A stretch of 28,719 nucleotides of DNA from Verrucomicrobiales bacterium (GCA_031411295.1 JANOAV010000036.1:1-28719); one strand, 5' to 3'; positions 20,401 through 28,385 are shown, numbered from the stretch's first letter. Program-made: numbers and translations. The notes: a model not told the origin generated them from the sequence alone.

Positions 20401-20911
20401 GGCAGATTACGAGGCGCTGCGCAACGAAATGGAGAAGACCCGCAACGATCTGAGCACGGCCCTCAGCCGTTACTCCACCCTGCAACAACGCTTTAATTCG
20501 ATCGACAAAGCCGCCAGCATCGAACGACTCAAAGCGGGACTCTCGCAAGAAGAGAAAGCTCACGGTGCCTTGCGGATTCAGTATCGGAATTTGGAGAACA
20601 AACTTTACGAAGCCGTGGGCGGCCGGAAACGCTACGAGGCTGAACTCAAAACCGTCACCAAGGAACGGGATCAGTTGCAAACCCAACTCAAAGCTTTCGA
20701 GCGTTCCACCGCCAGTCGCGTTAAAGTGACCTTGCCGCCGGAAATCGCGAACCCCACGTTGCCCGAAGACGGCACGGAACCAGCCCCCGAGGAACCAACC
20801 AAGCCGAAACGCCGCACCACCAAGAAAAAGACCGCAGAGGAGGAATTAGCCCTCGAGCCAGTCGCAGAGGAGCCAACCGAGCAACCAGCCGAAGCACCAG
20901 CGGAAAGCTAA
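17402..20911 (+). CDS. Large membrane-anchored coiled-coil protein with internal repeats
   Basis: Start reassigned to the ATG at 17402 (MTAPQLSIFALLLGVFTVLAWWLGRR, a TM anchor). Pro-rich linker, long Ala/Glu/Leu/Gln heptad region, Pro/Glu/Lys tail. Confidence 0.85.
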   Translation: MTAPQLSIFALLLGVFTVLAWWLGRRQGRSAPPAQLTSPSQPLTPKLPEAPPAAPSESPSPSHATPEEFLHQRLAQAAADMVIPLETFFSCGVELNLKTASLTQDLLQQFPEPDREILLDLQGNPTPSAVAKLATASGRSLSDLTSLRQQFQAAAATALLPKIKAGLGKEPEPIPSASLTPTGKPSGFTERLRLSTESEQVARWRKLHEEVTNELEKLTSTHVPKTRLDSLQDEYTQQRQVQAKLAQTIAELQAELAQARSEVAALPLQELSDLRAKVTAQQDAANQLESSLTEMQMALTEASSATSEATQLQAALQQSQARETELKSHLAEAERKLSQLQETISSHTAALAAAREETPAHAAESLLALQARLTEAEAQAQQSTQASEVVRELEAKAQELSTQLAEISQTHVPQSHLTNLQLEFAAKHAAHQELSAQAASKAEELASLQQELDGANAALAELTRAQGSVARVHEELELAEAEAREARESAAHFQAEASTLETKLAALEEARSGADEELENLRDQLQEAKERTAEIEAELTELRATPTGPSESELEELTMLRTQLAEAEAKLAEAEAHDSAAQFQAEASVLETKLAALEEARAGADQELENRRNELQEAKERTAEIAAELTELRATPTGPSESELAELSMLHTQLAEAEAKLAQVAESLQAAEAKATDFAQAEQAARAAEATAAQLEIELAAAKTALEAAQAERELALTQHAELATQASSMVPQSHLTNLQMEFAAKHTAHQEASAAAAAAAEEIASLRQELDEANHALAELTRGQASVSQLTEDMEIAEAEAREARENAALYAQEVSALEAKLAALQEAQTTSDQDLDALREDLAEALQRNEAIEAELQDLRSAPAATNEAEQEETQLLCHRLEEAEAHVARLTETLTTLQNAEPAKPADEAYTDLEQELRITRESQMKLAAELAEMKAAQADVPEDHEAVLAELRTLQGQVTAAEASRDAAEQATTTVQEALAKLKADIEAQRQATVARADYEALRNEMEKTRNDLSTALSRYSTLQQRFNSIDKAASIERLKAGLSQEEKAHGALRIQYRNLENKLYEAVGGRKRYEAELKTVTKERDQLQTQLKAFERSTASRVKVTLPPEIANPTLPEDGTEPAPEEPTKPKRRTTKKKTAEEELALEPVAEEPTEQPAEAPAES
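18866..19387 (+). repeat. In-frame tandem duplication, 270-bp period (90 aa)
   Basis: Copies start at 18866 and 19136 and share long identical stretches, e.g. GCCGAACTCACGGAACTGCGCGCCACGCCAACGGGCCCCAGCGAAAGCGAGTTGG. Confidence 0.95.
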
Positions 20912-20930
20912 CCACCCCACTGGCTCAGCT

Positions 20931-20959
20931 CGAATGTGGAGCAGTCCGCTGGACTGCTC
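20931..20959 (+). repeat. REP-like hairpin repeat, family A copy 1
   Basis: CGAATGTG-GAGCAGTCC-GCT-GGACTGCTC with a perfect 9-bp stem. Related copies at 21172, 21210(-), 28390 and 28431(-). Confidence 0.85.
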
Positions 20960-20981
20960 AAAACAGCACAGCACATCACAT

Positions 20982-21012
20982 GTAGCGTGAGAATGCCGTA
21001 GGCTTCTCGCGC
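20982..21012 (+). repeat. GTAG-headed REP-like hairpin (single copy in the window)
   Basis: GTAGCGTGAGAATGCC-GTA-GGCTTCTCGCGC imperfect palindrome beginning with GTAG. Confidence 0.45.
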
Positions 21013-21093
21013 CGACGGCAGCACGCGGCAGCACGACACTCGAACGGAGCAAACCCCTCCCAGCGAAGCACCGCGTAATCCTACCTTATGCTG

Positions 21094-21336
21094 ATTTCGA
21101 ACCACTGGCCGCAAAAGATCGCAAGGAACGCAAAGCCTCATTCTACTTTATTTCCCACAAAGGAAAAGGCTGAGTGTGGAGCAGTCCGCTGGACCGCGCA
21201 ATGCTTCCAGATCAGCCCAGCGGGCTGATCCACATTCGTCGCTTGGGACCGGTTCCTAGCAGTAAATGATCTTAGCTGGCCTATTGTTGTGCGCTTTGCG
21301 TTCTTTGCGTTCTTTTGCGGCCATTGGCTCGGAAAT
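21094..21336. mobile_element. MITE/BIME-like composite element with about 43-bp terminal inverted repeats enclosing an inverted REP pair
   Basis: Left arm ATTTCGAACCACTGGCCGCAAAAGATCGCAAGGAACGCAAAGC (21094-21136). Reverse complement of the right arm (21293-21336) is ATTTCCGAGCCAATGGCCGCAAAAGAACGCAAAGAACGCAAAGC. Confidence 0.6.
21172..21238. repeat. Inverted pair of family A REP-like repeats (copies 2 and 3)
   Basis: GAGTGTGGAGCAGTCCGCTGGACCGCGC on +, and CGAATGTGGATCAGCCCGCTGGGCTGATC on -. Confidence 0.85.
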
Positions 21337-21491
21337 GAAATCACAAATCATCCAACGGCCCCTGGGTGTCCCCACAGTCCCTGTGCCGCCTCCCGCCCCT
21401 CTCCCCCAATTTCAGCCCTAGGATCCACCGAGAGTGATTTCGACGGCAAAAACCAAAACTAAGGCCACGATTCCCCCGCGCTCGAATACTT

Positions 21492-22886
21492 CTATTTTTT
21501 GGATTGCACGGCAGAGGGCAATTCATTTTCCCAACCGCCACCGAGGGCTTTGTAAAGTTTCACCAGATCCAGGCTTACTTGCCGCTGGGCAATCACTACC
21601 TGCTCCTGAGCGCTCAACTGGGTGCGCTGCGCTTCGAGGACGTTGAGGAAATCGCCCAGACCATTTTTGTATAACTCGTTGGCCAGATCATAGGCCCGAT
21701 TGCTGGCCTTCTCCGCATCCCGCAAGGCGGCTACGCGAGCTTGGGCTTGGCGGTAACTTACCAAGGCGGTTTCCACGTCCTCAATGGCCACTAACACTGC
21801 TTGATCCCAGGCCGCCTGGGCTTCATCGCGCGCGGCCTCGGCGGCGGCTTGATTCTGCTTTAGCTTACCACCGGTAAACAAGGGAATGCTGATTTGTGGT
21901 CCCACGCTCCACGTTTGGGAGTCGCTATCAGTAAACGAACTGGCACGTTTGCTTTCCAACCCGGTCGAAGCACCGATGGTCAGCTTAGGCATCCGAGCCG
22001 CGCGCGCGGCTCCGACTTGCGCCGTGGCTGCAGCATAGGAGCGCTCCGCCTGGATCACATCAGGGCGACGTTGCAGGAGTTCGGAGGGCAGCCCCGCAGG
22101 CACCGCGGCAGGACCGATGGGAATTGCTTTAGGAGCCTTCAAACTTTGCGCGTAGGCGCCTGCGGTCTTGCCAGTGAGACTGGCGATCCGATGCATCGCT
22201 GCCGCGATAGCCGCTTCCACGGAAGGCAGGGAGGCCTTGGTAATGGCCACTTGCGCTTCCGACTGCGCGACCACGAGTTCCGGGCTGAGACCGGCCTTGA
22301 GGCGGGACCGGGTCAGTTCCAAGGTCTTTTCCTGGCTGCCCAGATTGTCTTGCAGCACGCTGAGCTGGCTTTGCAGGCCCCGCAGTTCCACGTAATTCGA
22401 AGTAAGTTCTGCGATGAGGGAAAGCATCACGTTGCCCTGGGCCGCCTGCGTAGCCTGCTCCTGAGCCTTGGCTGCGGCCACGGTGTTGCGCGTGCGCCCA
22501 AACACATCGATTTCCCAACTGGCATCCAGCGAGGCATCGAACAAATTGTCCGCCTTCGTTGGCTGCCCCGTGGCAAATTTCCCATTGGCACTGGGCAGGT
22601 TCCGAGCCACCCCGCCCTTGACGCTGAATTGGGGATAGTAATCCGCCGCCGCCGCCAAACGACGCGCTCTGGCTTCCCGCAGTCGAGCCGCCGCCGCCGT
22701 TAAATTCGGATTGCCCGCCACCGCATCCGCCACCAACTGATTCAACTGTTCATCATGAAAGTTGGTCCACCATTGATTCAGGTTAGCCACAGCACCCGCC
22801 GTCGTCTGTCGGGTAAATTGCGAGGGCACTTCCGCTGCCGAAAGGAAGCAGGGAAGCGTGAGAAGGATCAGGCCGAGGGATTTCAT
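21492..22886 (-). CDS. Efflux transporter outer-membrane factor (NodT/TolC family)
   Basis: WWTNFHDEQLNQLV, SWEIDVFGR, GLPSELLQRRPDVIQAER, YKNGLGDFLNVLEAQR, LYKALGGGW. Start reassigned to MKSLG at 22886. Confidence 0.95.
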   Translation of the reverse strand: MKSLGLILLTLPCFLSAAEVPSQFTRQTTAGAVANLNQWWTNFHDEQLNQLVADAVAGNPNLTAAAARLREARARRLAAAADYYPQFSVKGGVARNLPSANGKFATGQPTKADNLFDASLDASWEIDVFGRTRNTVAAAKAQEQATQAAQGNVMLSLIAELTSNYVELRGLQSQLSVLQDNLGSQEKTLELTRSRLKAGLSPELVVAQSEAQVAITKASLPSVEAAIAAAMHRIASLTGKTAGAYAQSLKAPKAIPIGPAAVPAGLPSELLQRRPDVIQAERSYAAATAQVGAARAARMPKLTIGASTGLESKRASSFTDSDSQTWSVGPQISIPLFTGGKLKQNQAAAEAARDEAQAAWDQAVLVAIEDVETALVSYRQAQARVAALRDAEKASNRAYDLANELYKNGLGDFLNVLEAQRTQLSAQEQVVIAQRQVSLDLVKLYKALGGGWENELPSAVQSKK

Positions 22887-22985
22887 ACGGCTCAAGAAGG
22901 AGCGGAATTTGAACCCACGCAATAGAAATTGAACGGAGTTGCGGAAACGCTAGAAGTCATTATTCGATCGAACTCGCCAAGCCCG

Positions 22986-23027
22986 TTGCGTTCCTTGCGT
23001 TTTTTTGCGGCCATCACTCGGAAATGA
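22986..23027. repeat. Solo copy of the GGCCGCAAAA..CGCAA..AACGCAA repeat (family B)
   Basis: TTGCGTTCCTTGCGTTTTTTTGCGGCCATCACTCGGAAATGA closely matches 21296-21338. Confidence 0.8.
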
Positions 23028-23056
23028 GGGCACAGCCCCGCTCCGCCTCGAATGAA

Positions 23057-24703
23057 TTACGCCGCAGGCAACGCTCCACTCTCCGCCGCTGGCAACGCCC
23101 CCGACTCCTTCCGCAATCGCCACCAGATTACCCAGCCCGGAAGATTGAGCAGCAACACAAAAATGATCTCGATATTCTGCGGAAATGCCAACTTCATCAA
23201 CCATAGCACCATCAGATGGAACGCCAAAATCGCCACCCCATACAGCGCGGCCCAGCCACGATTGAAGATCAGCAGAAATGCCGTCGCCTCCATGAGGAAT
23301 CCCAGCGAAAAAAAAATGCGGCTGAGGATTGGATGCGTTAGCATCCAATGCGCCTGCACCGGGATCGGATGCCGATAGCGATCATTCTCCGGATCCGCCT
23401 TTTCCTGCGCCTTGGGCGGCACGCCCTCGAGGAACACCGGATTCAGATCGTTGTAGTAATTTTGCCGATGGGTCTTGACGATCTGGTTGGAGAAATAGTG
23501 CGCGTTCTGCAACCACTTGCCATCCGACTCATCCCACTTTTCCACGGCCGTGATCACATAGGCCGCTCCAATCACCACCGCCATCCCCAGCCAGACCAAC
23601 GTTTCATTTCCCCGCTTACACCATTCCGCCCCCTGCTGGCGGAATCTGGGAAACAGCAGCACCCAGCCCATCACCGTCTGGGCCAGGAACACCAGGCTCA
23701 GCAACTGATGCCCGTGATGCGGAGCCCCTTGGGAGCCATACAGCGTGCGTTGGAGAATATGCATCAACGTTAGTATCGTCAGCGGAATCACATTCCCCCA
23801 ACCAACGACATACCACACCAGCAACGGCACCGTCCATTTGAGGAACGAACTCCATTGCTCCGGATGCCCGCACCATAACACCGCCTCCCGGAAACTTTCC
23901 CAATGCGCCAGGCCCTGCGGATGCGGCAGCGAGTCATAGACCACCCAGGTCTGAATCGCTTGGTAATAGATATACGCCAGGCCCAATCGCAGAAAGAATG
24001 CTTCCAACCGCCCCACCGAACAGAAGCCATTCCCGGCTGACAACCAAGCGCGCCAACGCTCTGGCAACCATTTCCAAATGCCTACCACCAGCCCTAATCC
24101 CAGCAACACCCAACCATAGTAGGTCAGGAAATTCATCATGTAGCCCAGGAAATTCTGCATCACATCCGTATCCGGATGCGATTGCTGCGCCCCACCCGTA
24201 TCCGGTCCGGCATCCTCCAACCGAGCCACGGTGCGGAAATTTTCCCGAAACCCATCCGGCTCCGTCTCAATCAACCCCAACTTCAACTGCACCCCGGCAG
24301 GCCACGACATTAACGGAGGCTTCACTTGGGGATTGGCGGCATCATCCCGCATCTTCTGGAGCACATTCTTCGCCACGGATTCCAACGTTCCCGGCGGCAG
24401 ATCCTTCAGCTTCTTAACCTTCAGCCGAATCCGCTCCGCGTCCATTTGCTTGTTGATGCGTTTCTTAATCTGAGGCGCGCTCATGCCTGCGTAATCGCCC
24501 GTGGAGAGCGGCTTCCCGGCCGCATCCGTCAGAAAATAGTAATCCACATCATCCGCCCGCGGATTCCCATACATGGGGAAGTGGGAGAACGGATAATTCT
24601 CCTGCACCTTAATGCAGAACGCGGTTAGACCAAAGAGCACCACCAAAGCCACCGCATAACGCAGCAGGTGAGATCGCACATGGGAGAAGAAGAGAGAAAT
24701 CAT
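23057..24703 (-). CDS. Multi-pass membrane protein: N-terminal YPFSHFPMY domain plus HTTM-like C-terminal domain
   Basis: 548 aa with many TM segments. HHGHQLLSLV, YVITAVEKW..DGKWL, LMEATAFL and AFHLMV resemble HTTM-family motifs. Confidence 0.65.
   Translation of the reverse strand: MISLFFSHVRSHLLRYAVALVVLFGLTAFCIKVQENYPFSHFPMYGNPRADDVDYYFLTDAAGKPLSTGDYAGMSAPQIKKRINKQMDAERIRLKVKKLKDLPPGTLESVAKNVLQKMRDDAANPQVKPPLMSWPAGVQLKLGLIETEPDGFRENFRTVARLEDAGPDTGGAQQSHPDTDVMQNFLGYMMNFLTYYGWVLLGLGLVVGIWKWLPERWRAWLSAGNGFCSVGRLEAFFLRLGLAYIYYQAIQTWVVYDSLPHPQGLAHWESFREAVLWCGHPEQWSSFLKWTVPLLVWYVVGWGNVIPLTILTLMHILQRTLYGSQGAPHHGHQLLSLVFLAQTVMGWVLLFPRFRQQGAEWCKRGNETLVWLGMAVVIGAAYVITAVEKWDESDGKWLQNAHYFSNQIVKTHRQNYYNDLNPVFLEGVPPKAQEKADPENDRYRHPIPVQAHWMLTHPILSRIFFSLGFLMEATAFLLIFNRGWAALYGVAILAFHLMVLWLMKLAFPQNIEIIFVLLLNLPGWVIWWRLRKESGALPAAESGALPAA
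23060..23107 (-). repeat. 24-bp in-frame tandem repeat encoding (ESGALPAA)x2
   Basis: CGCCGCAGGCAACGCTCCACTCTC followed by CGCCGCTGGCAACGCCCCCGACTC on the plus strand. Confidence 0.85.
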
Positions 24704-24829
24704 GGACGCCCCAGTCTAGAAGCCAACTTCCGCCATGCAAGCAGCCAGATACTCGGCAGAACAGACGAGGAATCCCCCATGACGCCCCACCGTTGACTTT
24801 TCCCCCACTCGCCCGTTGCTAAGCCATCC

Positions 24830-25699
24830 ATGAACATGAACCGCCGACATTTCACCGCCCTCACTGGAGCGTCACTCCTCCCCACCGCTGCTCAAGCCGC
24901 CGAGGCCCCGCTGCGCCTCCGGGTGCTCTGCTTCAACCTCCGTTATATCAACAAAGAAGATCAAGGTGAACGCACTTGGACCGCCCGCCGCAATGCCGTG
25001 GGCAACCTCATCAAAGCGGACCACGCCGACCTCATCGGCTTCCAGGAAGCGCTCCGCCCGATGCTGGACGACGTCATTGCACGCGTGCCCGGCTATCAGG
25101 AAATAGGCGTGGGCCGGGAGGACGGCAAGCAACAGGGCGAATACTCCGCCCTCTTCGTGCGCCAGGAGCGGTTCACCGTGCTCGACAGCGGCACCTTCTG
25201 GCTCTCCGACACCCCAGACGTGCCCAACTCCCGCACATGGAAGAACCGCGTCACCCGCATCTGCACCTGGGCCAAACTTCAGGACCACACCACCAAACGC
25301 AGCTTCCATTTCTTCAACACCCACTTCGATCACGAATCCCAGGAAGCCAGGGAAAAAGGCACCGCTCTCGTCCTCAAGCGAATCACCGAACGCACCCCTG
25401 CCGGGCCCGTCATCCTAACAGGGGATCTCAACTCCGGAGAAGACAACATCGTCATTCAAACGATCAAAAAGCATCCCCTCCAACTCGTCGATTCCTGGCG
25501 CAACCTCCACCCGGACACCCCACCCACCGAATCCGGCACCATGCACACCTTCAGCGGAGCCCACGACAGAGCCAAGATCGACTACATCTTCGTCCCCGCC
25601 ACCACCCGCCTCATCGACGCAGCCATCCTGCACGACCATCAGGACGGCAACTATCCCAGCGATCACTTCCCCATCCGCGCCACCGTGGAATTTCCCTAG
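24830..25699 (+). CDS. Endonuclease/exonuclease/phosphatase (EEP) family protein, Tat-exported
   Basis: NRRHF twin-arginine signal with AQA cleavage site; FNLRY, DLIGFQE, SGTFWLSDTP, NTHFDH, GDLN, IDYIF, SDHFPI. Confidence 0.93.
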   Translation: MNMNRRHFTALTGASLLPTAAQAAEAPLRLRVLCFNLRYINKEDQGERTWTARRNAVGNLIKADHADLIGFQEALRPMLDDVIARVPGYQEIGVGREDGKQQGEYSALFVRQERFTVLDSGTFWLSDTPDVPNSRTWKNRVTRICTWAKLQDHTTKRSFHFFNTHFDHESQEAREKGTALVLKRITERTPAGPVILTGDLNSGEDNIVIQTIKKHPLQLVDSWRNLHPDTPPTESGTMHTFSGAHDRAKIDYIFVPATTRLIDAAILHDHQDGNYPSDHFPIRATVEFP

Positions 25700-25815
25700 C
25701 CGAACCAAGCTTCCTTGCGTGCCAAGAAAGTTTCACGGCAACCCAAACCTAGTTGCCGAATTAAGAAATTCTGTTAATTTGATAATCTTAAATAATTTCC
25801 GAACATTCGCCAACC

Positions 25816-27858
25816 TTGATCCACCCCATTCCTGAAGAAACTGCTCCTGCACCCGACGCCCGCCCCGAAGCCCTGGATCGGGACGTTGCAATCCAGCTGC
25901 TGCGCACCCTCATCATCGAACCCGATCCCGCAGCTGCCAATGCCCTTACCTCCTTGGTCGGCGGACGGGGCCACGACGTCACCTGCGTCTCCACTTGCCA
26001 GGAAGCCCCCCCCCTGCTGCTGCAATCACCGGTCGATTTAGTCCTCGTTCGCCTCAACCACGCCACCGCCGCCGCCGTGGCAGATCTATTAGCAGCAATC
26101 TCCCGCTTGCCCGCCGCTCAAGACCTGTTTCTCATCGCCCTCACCGACGATGACGAGCCGGTCAGTCGCGTTGAAGCCTGGGTCAAAGGCGGTTTCCACG
26201 ATTTCATCGCCTACCACCATCAGCATTCCCTCAGCCAAGTCCGGAACCGACTCGCCATAGCCGAGCACGCCCTCATGCGCGAACGAGCGGCCCACCGCAG
26301 CAGTTCCCAAACCGCCGCCCAAGGCACCCGTTACGAAGAAGTCTTCCTCACCGTCCCTGAAGCCACCATGATCGTGACCGCCCGGGACGGCTACATTTTG
26401 GAAGCGAATCCAGCGACCGAAGAAATTCTCGGCCTCGCGCGCACCGAACTGGTCAACCGCTACCTCTCCCTCGTCCTCCCCACCCTCTTCGACCACGAAG
26501 ACTACGACCCCCAAGTCCTCAACCTGCACGATGCCGTGCGCATGAGCGAAATTTCCTATCAGCGCCCAGACGGCAAACGTCGCTGGCTCGATATGTATCT
26601 CACCAAAATCGTCTGGCCCCAGACCCAGGCGTTCCTCCTTCAGATTCGCGATCTGACCGCGCATAAAGAGCGCGAAACCCGCCGCCTCGCAGATGCCCGC
26701 CAGGACGCCTCCGGCCGCATCATGCTAGGCGTCGCACGGGAACTCAGCGATTCCCTCACCACCATGCGCGGCAACCTCGAACTGCTCGCCCGCCTCCCCT
26801 CCACCCGCTCAGAGTCACGCGAACTCATCGCCAGCGCCACCCTCGGCTGCGAACACGCCGAAGAACTCTCCCACCGCCTCACCCTCCTGGGCCGCCGCCA
26901 GCAGGGACTCGACCTCCGGAAGCGCCCCCTCCATCTACAGCCCCTGTTAGAGAAGTCCATCCCCTTCGCCCTGTTGGGAGGCAACTGCCGCCCCGTCATC
27001 CAAGTAGCCGATGACCTCTGGCCCATTGAGGGAGACGAAGCCGCCCTGGCGGAAACCCTGCGCCACCTCGTTGAAAACGCCGCCCTGGCCATGCCCAGCG
27101 GTGGCACCCTCTTCGTCCAGGCCAAGAACCATCGCGAAGCCCGCCACCAGATTCCGGATGCCACCGGAGTGAAAATCACCCTCCGAGATCAGGGCATCGG
27201 CATCCCCGCCGAGAACCTCCCCCGTGTCTTCGACCCCTTCTATTCCACCTCCGGACGCGAAGGCATGGGCCTAGCCCACGCCGCCGCCATCCTCCGCGCC
27301 CACGGCGGCCGCATCACCCTGGAATCCAACCTGGGCGATGGCACCACCGTGGAAATTTGGCTCCCGGTAAATTTAAAGACCCTGCTCAGCGACCTCACCA
27401 GCAGCGATCCTCAAGCCGCTAGCAGTCCCCCACTCCCCTTCCGGGAAACCACCCCACCCCACCAGCACCAAGTCCGCCCCCGCGTCCTCTTCATGGACGA
27501 CGAAGCGCAAATCTGCATCCTCGTGCAGAAAATCCTAACTGCTCACGGCTTCGACGTTTACTGCACCAAAGACGGCCAGGAAGCCATCGACGTCTTCCGC
27601 AAAGCCAAAGAATTCGGAGCCCCCTTCGACGTCCTCCTCATGGACCTCGATGTCCGCGGCGGCATGGGCGGACAGGAAGCCGTCGCCCGCCTCCGCGCAG
27701 AGAACCCAAATTTAAAAGCCCTCCTCACCACCGGCTACATCGACGACGCCCTCCTCGACACCCACAAAGAACACGGTTTCCTCGGCGTCATCCCCAAACC
27801 CTTCCAAGTCGAACGCCTCGTCGGAGCCATCGCCAAACTAGCCGGCGTGAAAGCCTGA
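25816..27858 (+). CDS. Hybrid sensor kinase-like protein (pseudo-receiver, PAS, His-less DHp, HATPase, receiver)
   Basis: PAS (GYILEANPATEEILG), H-box region GVARELSDSLT, N-box LVENA, G1 DQGIGI, F-box FDPFYST, G2 GMGL, receiver MDDE..LMDL..TTG..KPF. TTG start is uncertain. Confidence 0.9.
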   Translation: MIHPIPEETAPAPDARPEALDRDVAIQLLRTLIIEPDPAAANALTSLVGGRGHDVTCVSTCQEAPPLLLQSPVDLVLVRLNHATAAAVADLLAAISRLPAAQDLFLIALTDDDEPVSRVEAWVKGGFHDFIAYHHQHSLSQVRNRLAIAEHALMRERAAHRSSSQTAAQGTRYEEVFLTVPEATMIVTARDGYILEANPATEEILGLARTELVNRYLSLVLPTLFDHEDYDPQVLNLHDAVRMSEISYQRPDGKRRWLDMYLTKIVWPQTQAFLLQIRDLTAHKERETRRLADARQDASGRIMLGVARELSDSLTTMRGNLELLARLPSTRSESRELIASATLGCEHAEELSHRLTLLGRRQQGLDLRKRPLHLQPLLEKSIPFALLGGNCRPVIQVADDLWPIEGDEAALAETLRHLVENAALAMPSGGTLFVQAKNHREARHQIPDATGVKITLRDQGIGIPAENLPRVFDPFYSTSGREGMGLAHAAAILRAHGGRITLESNLGDGTTVEIWLPVNLKTLLSDLTSSDPQAASSPPLPFRETTPPHQHQVRPRVLFMDDEAQICILVQKILTAHGFDVYCTKDGQEAIDVFRKAKEFGAPFDVLLMDLDVRGGMGGQEAVARLRAENPNLKALLTTGYIDDALLDTHKEHGFLGVIPKPFQVERLVGAIAKLAGVKA

Positions 27859-27981
27859 TCAAATCGGGCCACGCCTCCCGGCACCCCACGCAGCTCGGCA
27901 TTCCCATGCCCAGAGCACCCCGCTGCCCAGCCCCGCCCCACAGCCCCACCGCCAGTTCCAAAAAAATCCCCACGCGCGCCC

Positions 27982-28010
27982 TTGCATCCCCCCAAAGATT
28001 ACTCTAGTCT
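27982..28010 (+). promoter_or_regulatory. Candidate sigma70 promoter of tRNA-Gly
   Basis: TTGCAT-17 nt-TAGTCT, followed by a GC-rich discriminator (CGCGCTCGC) and preceded by an A-tract. Confidence 0.6.
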
Positions 28011-28040
28011 CGCGCTCGCTAGCCACCAAACGCCAGCCAC

Positions 28041-28111
28041 GCGGGTGTAGTTCAATGGTAGAACACGAGCTTCCCAAGCTTGATACGAGGGTTCGATTCC
28101 CTCTACCCGCT
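28041..28111 (+). tRNA. tRNA-Gly (anticodon CCC), CCA not encoded
   Basis: Acceptor GCGGGTG/TACCCGC, D arm GTTC-AATGGTA-GAAC, anticodon arm CGAGC-TTCCCAA-GCTTG, T arm GAGGG-TTCGATT-CCCTC. Confidence 0.97.
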
Positions 28112-28121
28112 CTCCTTTCAT

Positions 28122-28134
28122 TATCAAAGAGTTA
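28122..28134 (+). promoter_or_regulatory. IHF-consensus site next to the tRNA 3' end
   Basis: TATCAA-AGAG-TTA matches WATCAANNNNTTR exactly. Confidence 0.5.
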
Positions 28135-28229
28135 CGCCGAACGCAGGAAAAGAGGAAAGCAAATGACAGCAAGCAGCCGCACTAGGAATCGTTGCGGAGA
28201 TGCTAATGGAAACCGGACGTTGATCCTCT

Positions 28230-28385
28230 GGCAACTACCGCAAAGCCAACGACCTTCCCAACGCCTTCCGCCGCTGGGACTTCCCCGAAACCGAAGCCGC
28301 CAAATTCGCCCGCGGTCGCGTGGCCCTGCCGGAAATCCTGGCGCAGTTTGAAAAGGAATCCAACGTGGACGAGGACACAAAGTGA
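28230..28385 (+). pseudogene. Possible 3' gene remnant (GNYRKANDLPNAFRRWDFPETEAAKFARGRVALPEILAQFEKESNVDEDTK*)
   Basis: 52 codons with gene-like GC3 usage, but no start codon at its 5' end and an in-frame TGA at 28221-28223 just upstream. Confidence 0.35.

Noticed and set aside
17276..20911. SMC or phage tape-measure annotation for the coiled-coil gene
   Set aside because: No Walker A/B or hinge domain, an N-terminal TM anchor, and no phage structural genes nearby.
21016..21035. CGGCAGCACG x2 tandem repeat
   Set aside because: Only two 10-bp units; no function can be supported.
20912..21491. Possible CRISPR array, and the short ORFs in this gap
   Set aside because: The repeats are inverted, irregularly spaced and of several families, with no cas genes. 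The ORFs are translations of the repeats.
24976..25752. 258-aa Pro/Arg/His-rich plus-strand ORF
   Set aside because: Alternate frame of the EEP gene; its composition results from C-rich third positions.
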